Source of the DNA: Thermoproteota archaeon
Lineage (GTDB): Archaea > Korarchaeota > Korarchaeia > Korarchaeales > Korarchaeaceae
Assembly (NCBI GenBank): GCA_027491915.1
Contig: JAOZGC010000001.1
Location: 32,001 to 96,000, forward strand
Direction of reading: 5' to 3'
DNA: 64,000 bases
Shown one piece after another: positions 8,182 to 17,483 of this stretch (within the stretch, counting starts at the first letter, position 1; every line of letters starts with the position of its first letter). Position numbers and translations under genes: made by a program. The notes beneath the pieces are model-generated. The model searched no databases. It had not been told where the DNA came from and saw only the letters and a program-made list of their open reading frames with translations.

Positions 8182-9977
8182 GAGTAGTACCTCCCGCTCC
8201 TCCTGGCCTCCTGATCCAACTTCGACCCTGGCTTGTTGACCTTGGGCCTCCCACTCTCCGGATCCCTCCTTATGGTTATCCCCACGTCCCTCAGGAAGTC
8301 GTTCATACCCTTGCCCATGTCGATCGGGCCGGAGGCCTCTCCCCTGACTCCCGGGACGCCCCTGAAGACCATGACCCTGCTGGCCAGGGCCTCTATCGTA
8401 ACTATGTCGTGCTCCACGACGAGCGCGGCCTTCCTCTCGCCCTCCACCCTCCTCCTTATCGCCTTGGCCGCGGCCATCCTCATCTCGACGTCCAGGAAGG
8501 CGCTAGGCTCGTCTATCAGGTACAGGTCGGCCTCCATCCCCAGGACCGAGGCCAGCGCGACCCTCTGGAGCTCCCCCCCGCTGAGGTCCCCCACCATCCT
8601 GTCCATGAGCCCCTCCAGCCCCAGCCTCCTGATCACCTCAACCCTGAAGAAGCTGGAGGAGAAGTTGGCCCCCACGGCAGACCTGATCAGCTCGGCCACG
8701 GTCCCGCCGTAATCGGACCTGACGTGTTGGGGCTTGTAGGCGATCTTCAGTCCCCCAGATGATATCTCCCCCTCGGCCGGCCTCAGCTCCCCGGCGAGCA
8801 GCCTGACGAAGGTGGTCTTACCTATTCCGTTCGGCCCCAGCGCGGCGACGACCTCCCCCTCCCTAAGCTCCCCCGGACCAACAGAGAGCTCGAATCCCCC
8901 GTCGTAGGAGAACCTGAGCTCGGTGAACGACGTCAAGACCTCCCCGACCGGCTCCCCCCCGCCGGCCCTGGACAGGAACATTATAGAGTCCTCCCTGAAC
9001 CTGACGTTGTCTTCTGGCACGTATCCCTCCAGGAAGATGTTTATCCCCTCCCCCACCCCATGGGGGAAGCTGACTATCCCGAACACCCCCGGCCGCCCGT
9101 ACAGCACGTGTATCAGGTCGCTCATGTAGTCCAGCATGGCCAGATCGTGCTCCACCACCAGGACCGCCGCCCCCATCTCTGGGAGTCGCCTTATGAGTTT
9201 CGACGCCCTGATCCTCTGGTAGACGTCCAGGTAGTTGCAGGGCTCGTCGAAGAAGTAGACGTCGGCGTCCTTGGAGTAGGCGGCCGCGAGGGCGACCCTC
9301 TGGAGCTCCCCCCCGCTGAGGTCCCCCACCATCCTGTCCATGAGCCCCTCCAGCCCCAGGACGGAGGCAGCCTCGTCGACCCTCCCCGTCTCATCAGCGC
9401 CCTCCAGAGCCTCCCTGACGGTCCCCCTGACAACCTTTGGTATGAGATCGATCCTCTCCGGCTTCCTGACGACCCTCACCTCTCCGCGCGAGAGTCGCCT
9501 CAGGTAGTCCTGCAGCTCCGATCCCCCGAACCTATCTAGGATCTCCTCCCAGTCCGGTTCCCCCTCCTCGTCCGTTCCCACCGCGCCCAGGTTGGGCCTC
9601 AGGTCCCCCGAGAGTATCCTCACGACCGTGGTCTTGCCCACCCCGTTGGGCCCCACGAGGCCCACCACAGATCCCCTCCTGACCAGGGGCAGCCTGTACA
9701 GCACGAAGCCGTTCGGCCCGTACCTGTGTATCTCCTCCCCCTCGACCGGCGCTGGGAGGTTCACCACGGATATGGCGGAGAAAGGACACCTCTTGACGCA
9801 GATGCCGCACCCGACGCACAGGTCCTCGTCTATTATCAGGAACCCGTCCTCCAGTCTTATGGTCTCTTTCTCTCCCGCCCTCACCCTGGGACAGTACTTG
9901 ATGCACTCTCGACCGCACTTCTTCGGATTGCACGAGTCCCTGTCAACCACGGCGATTCTTCTCCTCTTCTGCACCAT
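8178..9977 (-). CDS. rli: Ribosome recycling ATPase ABCE1/RLI
   Basis: N-terminal Fe-S domain (CNPKKC...CVGCGICVKRCP), two NBDs with LSGGELQ, C-terminal RPKVNKPGS. Confidence 0.97.
   Translation of the reverse strand: MVQKRRRIAVVDRDSCNPKKCGRECIKYCPRVRAGEKETIRLEDGFLIIDEDLCVGCGICVKRCPFSAISVVNLPAPVEGEEIHRYGPNGFVLYRLPLVRRGSVVGLVGPNGVGKTTVVRILSGDLRPNLGAVGTDEEGEPDWEEILDRFGGSELQDYLRRLSRGEVRVVRKPERIDLIPKVVRGTVREALEGADETGRVDEAASVLGLEGLMDRMVGDLSGGELQRVALAAAYSKDADVYFFDEPCNYLDVYQRIRASKLIRRLPEMGAAVLVVEHDLAMLDYMSDLIHVLYGRPGVFGIVSFPHGVGEGINIFLEGYVPEDNVRFREDSIMFLSRAGGGEPVGEVLTSFTELRFSYDGGFELSVGPGELREGEVVAALGPNGIGKTTFVRLLAGELRPAEGEISSGGLKIAYKPQHVRSDYGGTVAELIRSAVGANFSSSFFRVEVIRRLGLEGLMDRMVGDLSGGELQRVALASVLGMEADLYLIDEPSAFLDVEMRMAAAKAIRRRVEGERKAALVVEHDIVTIEALASRVMVFRGVPGVRGEASGPIDMGKGMNDFLRDVGITIRRDPESGRPKVNKPGSKLDQEARRSGRYYS
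8557..9359. repeat. Perfect 68-bp direct repeat (8557-8624 and 9292-9359) inside ABCE1
   Basis: Both copies read gcgaccctctggagctcccccccgctgaggtcccccaccatcctgtccatgagcccctccagccccag. Confidence 0.9.
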
Positions 9978-10013
9978 GGTCTGGGTCCTCTCCCCCCGAG
10001 GCTCCCTCCGACC

Positions 10014-10643
10014 CTACCTGCCAGCTCCCTTCAGCACGAAGTCCCTCCCCAGGTCGAACGCCCTCAGGTTGACCTCCAGGTACCTCTCGGGGGTCACCCT
10101 CCCCAGCGCCGCCCTGACGTCACCCTCGTCGAACGGGAGCGCCCCCATGGCCGCGGCGGCCCCGAGGACCACGACGTTGGTGGTCACGGGGTCTCCAGCC
10201 TCGGCGGCCAGCTCGGTGGCCGGTATCGGCACCAGCCTCCCCGGCCCGGCTGATCTTATCGCTTCCAGGATCTCCTCCAGCTCAGGTATCTTTCTCCCCT
10301 CGACGAACGCCGATATCGGGGGTATCATGTACGTGTTTACGATCGCGGAAGTCTTTCCACTCATGTATCCGGCGAATCTGGCCCCCTCTATTGGTTCCAG
10401 GGCTATCAGCAGGTCCAGCGTTCCGGGCATTATTAGCGGACTCCTCACGTCCCTTCCCAACCGGATCTCCGTGTGTATCGAGCCGTACCTCTGGGCCAGC
10501 CCGTGAACCTCGCTCTGGACGAACCTCATCCCTGCTTCTAGGGCCGCCGCCGTTATCACCCGGCTCGTGAAGAGTATTCCCTGACCTCCCACCCCGGCCA
10601 CTATGATGTTGAACTCGTCCAGCTCATCAGACCCCATAACCAT
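10014..10643 (-). other. iorB: Indolepyruvate:ferredoxin oxidoreductase beta subunit
   Basis: AGVGGQG, SEVHGLAQRYGS, NVVVLGA, VNLRAFDLG; directly after iorA. Confidence 0.93.
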
Positions 10644-12510
10644 CCCTCCTCCAATCCAGGGAACCCTCTTGGGGAACTATGGCCTGAAACGGGCACACGT
10701 CGACGCACGATCCGCATCCGAAGCAGACGGCGGGATCTATCCTCACCTTCTCCCCCGTGTCCACGAAGGCCGGGCAGGCGTAGGTCTTGACGCACACGAG
10801 GCAGTGGGTGCACCTGTCCGGGTCCACCCTGTAGGGGACGATCTTCTTTCCCTCCCTCCTGAGCCTGCCAACCGTGAGCAGGGCGCACTCCCTCCTGGAT
10901 ATTATCACGGAGACGCCATCCCTGCCCATCGCCTCTTTGATGGCCTTCTGGGTCTCCTCGAAGTCGTACGGGTCTACGACCCAGACGTTCTCCACCCCCA
11001 GCCCCCTGACCACCCTCTCTATGTCCAGGGGGAAGGCCTCCCTGCCGAGGGCGTCCAGGTCCGTCCCCGGGTGGGGCTGATGCCCCGTCATAGCCGTGGT
11101 CCTGTTGTCCATGACCACCAGCAGGAACTTCCTCCCGTGGTGGATCGCGTTTATCAGGGCGGGTATCCCAGCGTGGAAGAATGTCGAGTCGCCTATAAGG
11201 GCCACCACCTGCCTGTCCGTTGCCACGCTGAGCCCGTTGGCGAAACCGACGGAGGAACCCATGGCGTGGGTGACGTCTGCCAGCTCGAAGGGCTTCTGGA
11301 ACAGGAGGGCGTAGCACCCTATGTCGTTCATGAAGGCCGCCCTGCCGGCCACCCTCTTCAGGGCGAAGCCGGTCGCCCTGTGGGGACAGGCCGGGCACAT
11401 CACTGGGGGCCTGGGCGGCAGGTCGATCCCGGCGCCGGTCCCTCGAGACGGGGGGCTGAACTCGACCCCGGCGGCCTCGGCCACGGCGGCCGTCACCGAG
11501 ACCGGGTCCAGCTCCCCGACCCGGGGCAGGTGACCCGAGAACTTGCCCACTATCCTCAGGTCGGGATTGGCCTCCTTGGCCAGCCTGGCCGCGTCCGCCT
11601 CCAGCACCGGTTCCAGCTCCTCCACCACCAGCAGCGTGTCGACCTCCCTCAGGAAGTCTGAGATCCTCCCCTCGGGAAGGGGGTTCGTCATCCCGAGCTT
11701 CATTATCTGGGCCTCCACCCCGAGTCTCCTGACCGCCTCCCACACGTAGTTGTAGGATACCCCGGAGGTCATTATTCCCAACTCAGCGCCTGGCTGTCCC
11801 TCAACCCTCAGGAATTCCCCCCCCTCCGCGACCTCCTCCCTTATCCTCGAGAGCTTCTCGAGCAGCTCCCTGTGGTGCGCCCTGGCGAGTCTGCCGACCT
11901 GGACGTACCTCCTCGGCGGATCCGGGGAGAACCTCCCCTTCCCCCTCCTCTCCCTGATCGGGCCGAGCACGACCGGCGCCCTCACGTGGCTGACCCTGGT
12001 GGTGGTCCTGAGGGCGAACGGGAGGCCGTACTCCTCAGACAGGTCGAAGGCCGATCTGGTAAAATCCTTGGCCTCTTGAGGGTCGGCTGGCTCCACGGTG
12101 GGCAGGTTGATGGCCCTCAGCAGAAGCCTGTTGTCCTGCTCGTTCTGGCTGCTGTGGGCGTGGGGATCGTCGGCAGAGACGAACACCATCCCGCCAACTA
12201 CCCCGGCGTAGGCCAGGGTGAACACGGCGTCCGCCGCCACGTTGACGCCGACGTGTTTCATGAATGCCATCGACCTGAGCCCGGACCACGCGGCCGCCGC
12301 GGCCACCTCGGTGGCGACCTTCTCGTTGGCGGCCCACTCGAAGTGGAATCCCACCTCCCTGGCCGCCGCCGAGAGGGCCTCACCGATCTCCGTGCTGGGC
12401 GTCCCCGGATAGGCGGCGGCCACGTCCAAGCCGGCCTCTATGGCCCCCCTCGCTATGGCCTCGTTTCCTAGGAGGACCTCCAATTTACCCGGCTCCGACA
12501 ACAGTCCCAA
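10627..12510 (-). CDS. iorA: Indolepyruvate:ferredoxin oxidoreductase alpha subunit
   Basis: GNEAIARG, YPGTPSTE, SSQNEQD, CPACPHR, GDSTFFH, C-terminal 2x[4Fe-4S]. Confidence 0.95.
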   Translation of the reverse strand: MGLLSEPGKLEVLLGNEAIARGAIEAGLDVAAAYPGTPSTEIGEALSAAAREVGFHFEWAANEKVATEVAAAAAWSGLRSMAFMKHVGVNVAADAVFTLAYAGVVGGMVFVSADDPHAHSSQNEQDNRLLLRAINLPTVEPADPQEAKDFTRSAFDLSEEYGLPFALRTTTRVSHVRAPVVLGPIRERRGKGRFSPDPPRRYVQVGRLARAHHRELLEKLSRIREEVAEGGEFLRVEGQPGAELGIMTSGVSYNYVWEAVRRLGVEAQIMKLGMTNPLPEGRISDFLREVDTLLVVEELEPVLEADAARLAKEANPDLRIVGKFSGHLPRVGELDPVSVTAAVAEAAGVEFSPPSRGTGAGIDLPPRPPVMCPACPHRATGFALKRVAGRAAFMNDIGCYALLFQKPFELADVTHAMGSSVGFANGLSVATDRQVVALIGDSTFFHAGIPALINAIHHGRKFLLVVMDNRTTAMTGHQPHPGTDLDALGREAFPLDIERVVRGLGVENVWVVDPYDFEETQKAIKEAMGRDGVSVIISRRECALLTVGRLRREGKKIVPYRVDPDRCTHCLVCVKTYACPAFVDTGEKVRIDPAVCFGCGSCVDVCPFQAIVPQEGSLDWRRDGYGV

Positions 12511-12544
12511 GCAGGATCCCCCTCCCCTCTCTCGGATAAATAGT

Positions 12545-13090
12545 TTAAAATTGATACCCACCGTTCGGACCGCCGAGTTCCTCGCGGACCGTCCGGTACG
12601 CCCCGTCTCCGACGTGGTGTAGGTTCTTGACGCTCTTTCCCCTCTTCCTCAGCTCCCGCGCCGGTCTCAGAGTTCTGCCAACGCACACCGGCGCCAGGTA
12701 CCTCTCATCCCTGACCACCACGAGCCCTCCCTCCCTGGGGTCGCCCTCCACCCCGACTATCCCCGGGCCCATCACGTCGGCCCCGTTGGCCAAGAACCTG
12801 ACGGCCCCCTCGTCCACAATCACGGATGGGAGGCCCACCGAGGGATCTCTGAGCGTTCCCAGGAAGGGGACCACCTCTCCGTCCGGGAGCTGCACCAGGA
12901 TCGGCCTCCCCTCGTGGAACAGAACCCTCCCCACTCCTCCCCTCTCACCGTACTCGACCGCCATGAGTGATCTCTTCTCCATCCCCTCCGGGATCACCTC
13001 TCTCAAACCGGGCTCGGCCGAGATCAGGCCTCTGATGATCTCCCTGGTCTCCCTCCTGGATATGTGGTACCTCTTTCTGCTTGGGGACAT
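12545..13090 (-). CDS. DUF1947/PUA-domain RNA-binding protein (Tma20/MCT-1-like)
   Basis: VDEGAVRFLANGADVMGPGI and GKSVKNLHHVGD. Confidence 0.85.
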   Translation of the reverse strand: MSPSRKRYHISRRETREIIRGLISAEPGLREVIPEGMEKRSLMAVEYGERGGVGRVLFHEGRPILVQLPDGEVVPFLGTLRDPSVGLPSVIVDEGAVRFLANGADVMGPGIVGVEGDPREGGLVVVRDERYLAPVCVGRTLRPARELRKRGKSVKNLHHVGDGAYRTVREELGGPNGGYQF

Positions 13091-13144
13091 CGCGCCCCGG
13101 TCCGCCGGGAGCTTTAAATCGCAGCCCGTCCCGTGGGACCCGGA

Positions 13145-13450
13145 ATGAAGCTGAGTCTCCTGGACGTTCTCTTCTGCCCCGGCTGCGGGGCCTCCCCGCT
13201 GGCCATAGAGGTGATATCGGAGGAGCGGATCGAAGTTTCAGGTAAGGTCCCCGTTCCGGTCTGCGAGAGGTACTGCGCCGCCACGGGCGGTCCGCCGGGG
13301 CCAAGTTCCCCCTGCGTCGAGTGCCTTGGCAGGGAGATCCTGGCGGCCGAGCTGACATGCCCCTCGTGCGGCTCCAGGTTCGGGGTCGACGGGGGGGTGC
13401 CCCTCCTCCCTCCCCCGGCCGGGGAAGATTTTTTAGTCGGGGGTCGGTGA
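13145..13450 (+). CDS. Trm112-family methyltransferase activator
   Basis: MKLSLLDVLFCPGC...LTCPSCGSRFGVDGGVPLLLP with an internal Cys insertion. Confidence 0.85.
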   Translation: MKLSLLDVLFCPGCGASPLAIEVISEERIEVSGKVPVPVCERYCAATGGPPGPSSPCVECLGREILAAELTCPSCGSRFGVDGGVPLLPPPAGEDFLVGGR

Positions 13451-13459
13451 ATCGACCGT

Positions 13460-13602
13460 CGGGCCGTAGCTCAGTGGTACGCCTGTCGGCGCACCAGAGA
13501 GCGGCCGGCTGTAGTGGGGCTGCCCTGGGCGTCCCCGTCGGCGGTCCGCTCCGACACGCGGATACCGGCAGGTCCCGGGTTCGAATCCCGGCGGCCCGAC
13601 CA
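13460..13602 (+). tRNA. tRNA-Tyr(GTA) with a 49-nt intron at 37/38 and an ~18-19-nt D-loop intron; CCA encoded
   Basis: CGGGCCG/CGGCCCG acceptor (C1:G72, A73), GCTC/GAGC D stem, GCCGG/CCGGC anticodon stem, GTA at 13511-13513, GGTTCGAATCC T arm, T-rich box near 13428-13437. Confidence 0.93.
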
Positions 13603-13606
13603 AATC

Positions 13607-14308
13607 TCACCTCAGAAGTCTGTTCAAAATCGAGGGAAGGTCTGAAAGCCTCTCAACGACCGCGTCGGCCCTGGGATCTCCTTCACCTTTGGCGGGGACG
13701 TGGACGGCCATCATCCCGACGGCCTTGGCCCCGGCCACGTCTGCCTCCGGATCGTCTCCGATCATCACGCTCTCCCAAGGTTCGCTCTCGGTGAGCTCCA
13801 GGGCCCTCCTGAAGATCTCCGGGTGGGGCTTGGCGTATCCGACCTCGCCCGAGGCGACGACCCCATCGAGGAGATCCAGCACCCCCTCCTCCTCGAGCTT
13901 CCTCGACACCATCTCCCCAGACCTGGAGTTCGCCACCACGGCCCCCCTCAGGCCCAGGGAGCGGATCACCTCGAGGGCCTCCGCGGCCCCCTCCCTGAGC
14001 CTGGTCAGCCTGACGAAGGGATAGGCGTAGGCTTCCAAGTGGGCCTCCCCGACCTCCGCCTCGATCCCGAGCCCCCTCAGGAACTCCGATATCTCCTCCT
14101 CCGCGGATGCCTCCCGGAGGGTGCTCCTCCTCAGATCGTCCAGCCTCCTCCTGACCTCCCTGTATACCCTCATGGCCTCTTGGAGCCTCCCCCCGACGCT
14201 GACACCGGAGGCCTCGAGGAGAGCCCTGACCCTGGCCTCGTGGTACTCAACGTCGGGAACGGTGGGCTCTATTAGGGTCATCCAGGCGTCGAAGAGCGCC
14301 GCCCCCAT
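13607..14308 (-). CDS. HAD-superfamily hydrolase (subfamily IA)
   Basis: LFDAWMTL, KPHPEIF, MIGDDPEADVAGA. Confidence 0.88.
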   Translation of the reverse strand: MGAALFDAWMTLIEPTVPDVEYHEARVRALLEASGVSVGGRLQEAMRVYREVRRRLDDLRRSTLREASAEEEISEFLRGLGIEAEVGEAHLEAYAYPFVRLTRLREGAAEALEVIRSLGLRGAVVANSRSGEMVSRKLEEEGVLDLLDGVVASGEVGYAKPHPEIFRRALELTESEPWESVMIGDDPEADVAGAKAVGMMAVHVPAKGEGDPRADAVVERLSDLPSILNRLLR

Positions 14309-14380
14309 CACACGTTCCCGCCCTCGGGATCGTCGGATCAAATAATTAATTGCCCCGATCCGGGCGGCCCGGGTGAGCGC

Positions 14381-14635
14381 CTGCCCTCGGATCACAGGTA
14401 CGAGGTCCCCGTCGTCAGGCTAAGCAGGGCCCTGAGGACTCCCAGGGAGATAAGGAGGAGACTGGAGGCCCAGATTTCAAGATCCACCCTGGCGAGATTC
14501 TCCAAGGACGCCGTCGACTGCCCCGTCCTGGGGGAGAGGGTGAGCTTCTTGGTCTGCTTCGCCTGCCCCAACTACGTCAGGAGGTACCGCGGAGTCGTCC
14601 ACTGCAGGGGGGATCCCCTCTCCGACTTCCCCTGA
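14381..14635 (+). CDS. Small 4-Cys protein (84 aa), probable CTG start; absent from the ORF track
   Basis: Open frame LPSDHRYEVPVVRLSR...VDCPVLGERVSFLVCFACPNYVRRYRGVVHCRGDPLSDFP*; GGTGA just upstream; AT-rich box at 14340-14351. Confidence 0.75.
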   Translation: MPSDHRYEVPVVRLSRALRTPREIRRRLEAQISRSTLARFSKDAVDCPVLGERVSFLVCFACPNYVRRYRGVVHCRGDPLSDFP

Positions 14636-15271
14636 CCCCGGGCCTGGTCGGAACCGGGACCAGTAGGCCGCGCCGGCGATCACCCCCAACGACGAGGCCG
14701 CCGCCAGCAGAGCGGGGCCCCAAGGCGGGACCGCCTCCCCGGGCGGACTCCCGTAAACCTTGGGGCCGGCCTCAGCCGGAGCCCGGGGCGGCCCGACCCC
14801 CAGCGGGGCGGCGCCGAACGGCTGGCCCCACCACCGAGATCCCAGGAACAGGGACCACACCCCTCCCAGGCCGACGCAGAGGAGGACCAGCCCCAACACG
14901 GCGCGCCTGAGGCCCCAGCTTGGGGATGCGGCCCGGGAGATCCACCTCCTGAGCGCGCTGATCGCCCTGCCCCTCTCCCGCGTGGTCAGTATCACCATCG
15001 CCGGGGAGCTCATCCGGTACACCTTCATCTTCCCCCTCCTCCCGGACCTCCTGCCCTCCACCGATATCAGGCCGGCCTCCAACATCTTCTCAAGGTGGTG
15101 GACGACCGTGGTGAGGGGTAGATCCAACTCTCCGGCTATCTGGCTGGCGCTCTTCGGTCCCTCGGCCAGGGAGGAGAGTATCCTCCGTCCGTTGTCGTTG
15201 GCCAGCTCGGCTCCCAGAACCGCCGCGGCCGGGTGACCTATCTCGACCACCATGGGATCGGTCAAGTCCAC
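14477..15271 (-). CDS. ArsR-type winged HTH regulator with two C-terminal TM helices
   Basis: LANDNGRRILSSL...SASQIA...TVVHHLEKMLEAGLI followed by two hydrophobic segments. Confidence 0.8.
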   Translation of the reverse strand: MDLTDPMVVEIGHPAAAVLGAELANDNGRRILSSLAEGPKSASQIAGELDLPLTTVVHHLEKMLEAGLISVEGRRSGRRGKMKVYRMSSPAMVILTTRERGRAISALRRWISRAASPSWGLRRAVLGLVLLCVGLGGVWSLFLGSRWWGQPFGAAPLGVGPPRAPAEAGPKVYGSPPGEAVPPWGPALLAAASSLGVIAGAAYWSRFRPGPGSGEVGEGIPPAVDDSAVPPDVVGAGEADQEAHPLPQDGAVDGVLGESRQGGS

Positions 15272-15296
15272 CCCCGGACTGGGCGGTCCGGGGCGC

Positions 15297-15986
15297 CTAT
15301 TTAACCGGCCTGCGAGTGCTTCGACCGGCGCGGAACCAGTCGACTATGAGATCGGCGACGTCGGTCAGAGAACCCCAGACGACCGCGTCGGCCGACTCGG
15401 CGAGATCCCTCGACTTGGGCCTGAACGCCACCCTCAGTCCGACCGGCAGCGCGAACATGGAAAGGTCGTTCTCGGCGTCTCCGACGACGGCTACGGAGCC
15501 GAGGGGAACTCCGAAACTCTCCGCCGTCTCTCGGACTATCCTCCCCTTGCCCGAGAACGGGACCCTGATCTCCCACCCGACCACGACTCCGTCTCCCCCC
15601 AACTCGAGCCCGTTGACCTCGGCGAAGTCCAGCTCCACCCCGCCGAGGACCCCTCTCATCACCACGTCCAGGCCTGAGCTGACTATTCCGACGATCGTCC
15701 CCTCGGATCTGAGGCGCCTGATCGCCTCTACGGCGCCCTCCACAGGTCTGAGGGACCTCAGGGCCTCTAGGGCCGCGTCTATCCGCCTGCCGACCCAGAG
15801 TCCTACATCCCTCCTGAACCACTCGTCGTACGATATCTCCCCGGAGAGGTAGGCCTCCATGTTCGCCCGGGCCGCCTCCCAGGTACCCATGGCCTTGTGG
15901 AGGATCTCCCAGGAAACCCCCCCTTCTATGAGCGTCCCGTCCATGTCAAAGGCTACGAGGCCGGGTCTGACCCCGCCAGCCGTCAT
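15297..15986 (-). CDS. HAD-IB phosphatase (phosphoserine phosphatase-like)
   Basis: FDMDGTL, IVSSG, GK, VGDAENDLSM. Confidence 0.85.
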   Translation of the reverse strand: MTAGGVRPGLVAFDMDGTLIEGGVSWEILHKAMGTWEAARANMEAYLSGEISYDEWFRRDVGLWVGRRIDAALEALRSLRPVEGAVEAIRRLRSEGTIVGIVSSGLDVVMRGVLGGVELDFAEVNGLELGGDGVVVGWEIRVPFSGKGRIVRETAESFGVPLGSVAVVGDAENDLSMFALPVGLRVAFRPKSRDLAESADAVVWGSLTDVADLIVDWFRAGRSTRRPVK

Positions 15987-16207
15987 CCCCCTCCCGGGGT
16001 CTCCTCCTTGTAGGTCTCGAGTATCTCTTCCATTATGTTGCTCAGCTCGCTCAGCCCTATCATCCCCTCCAATATCGCGCAGGACCCCTCCTCCACCCCC
16101 TCCACCCTTATGAAGAACGCGCACCTCTCTCCCAGGCATTCGACCCTCCCCCCTCCTCCCCCACCAGCCGATAGGATCGGACAGATCTTGCCACTTGCCG
16201 CCGACAT
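15983..16207 (-). CDS. Small Cys-rich hypothetical protein (74 aa)
   Basis: KICPIL...ECLGERCAFF...SCAI; GGGAG upstream; stop overlaps the next start. Confidence 0.7.
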   Translation of the reverse strand: MSAASGKICPILSAGGGGGGRVECLGERCAFFIRVEGVEEGSCAILEGMIGLSELSNIMEEILETYKEETPGGG

Positions 16208-16289
16208 GGGAGTCTCCCCACCGACCCAGGAGACCTTTAATAAGGGTTGACCCGGTCGGCCGGCTCGAGAGTGGAGAGGTGCTGAATTG

Positions 16290-17483
16290 ATGGCCCGTGC
16301 TGCGTGGGGGCTCTCCTCCTTCCTCCTCCAGCAGGGAGGGGGGGACACCTGGCTCAACTGGATAATAATGCTCCTCTTCCTGGGGGTGATGAACTACTAC
16401 GCCGGGAAGCTGCAGGTCCAGGTCTGGATGAACGACATAATGAGGGCCCTGGGTCAGCTGGAGAGGTACACCTCCGAGGCCGAGAATTCCCTGATCGAGG
16501 AGGCCTCCAGGTTCGGCCTCTCGAGGCAGGAGCTCTCGAAGAGGGTGAGGGGATTCAAATCCTTCTTCGAGATAGCCCCCGTCACCCTGGACCCGGCGGG
16601 GGCCATAAGGAGGCTAGAGCACATATTGGACGTTGAGAGGGACCGCTTCAAGAGGTTCGTCAGGTCCATCGCCCCCAACGCGGACGACGACAAGCTGATG
16701 AACCTGACCGATCAGCTGGCCGGGGTGATAATGCTCGACAGGGTTTACAGGATAGTCCGGCACTACTTCCTCCTGGGGAAGAAGACCCAGAACCTGATCT
16801 ACATAGCCCAGATCCAGATGATGATACCCGAGATCCTTAGGATAGCTAAGGCCTACTGGAAGTCGGCGGACGCCTTCAGGAAGGGGGTCCCGGTCGGGGA
16901 CAGCGTCGGCCCCCTGGTGGCCCTGAGGCTGCTCGACGGGGCGCAGACCAGGGAGATAGCGGAGGACGTGATCTACGGGGAGGTGGACGTGGGCGGCAGG
17001 AGGGTCCTCGTCGTGAAGTCCAAGGGTCCCGGCGGAAGGCTGGGGAAGCCGGGGGAGGCGATAGGCAGGTTGGTTGACATGTTCGGCGGCAGGATCAGGG
17101 CCATCATAATGGTCGACGCGGCGGCCAAGCTAGAGGGAGAGGAGACGGGCGAGGTGGCCGAGGGGGTCGGGGCGGCCATAGGGGATCCCGGCCCCGAGAA
17201 GTGGAAGATAGAGGAGGTGGCCGCCAGGGCCGGGATCGACCTGATCTCCTTCGCCGTGAAGATGAGCCCCCTGGAGGCCCTCACCCCCATGACCAGGGAG
17301 GTCGACTCGGCTGCGGACGAGGTGATATCCAGGATAAGAGAGAGGATAGAGTCGGACTACCGCCCGGGCGACGTGGTGATAGTGGCCGGGATAGGCAACA
17401 CCGTGGGGGTGGGAAACGAGATACCCCGCGGGGGGAGGGGTGACTCCGATGTCGGGGTCCGGAGAGAGGGAGCAGCGTCGTGA
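16290..17483 (+). CDS. DUF1512 family protein
   Basis: PVTLDPAG, PVGDSVGPLVA, MVDAAAKLEGE, AGIGNTVGVG. Confidence 0.85.
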   Translation: MARAAWGLSSFLLQQGGGDTWLNWIIMLLFLGVMNYYAGKLQVQVWMNDIMRALGQLERYTSEAENSLIEEASRFGLSRQELSKRVRGFKSFFEIAPVTLDPAGAIRRLEHILDVERDRFKRFVRSIAPNADDDKLMNLTDQLAGVIMLDRVYRIVRHYFLLGKKTQNLIYIAQIQMMIPEILRIAKAYWKSADAFRKGVPVGDSVGPLVALRLLDGAQTREIAEDVIYGEVDVGGRRVLVVKSKGPGGRLGKPGEAIGRLVDMFGGRIRAIIMVDAAAKLEGEETGEVAEGVGAAIGDPGPEKWKIEEVAARAGIDLISFAVKMSPLEALTPMTREVDSAADEVISRIRERIESDYRPGDVVIVAGIGNTVGVGNEIPRGGRGDSDVGVRREGAAS

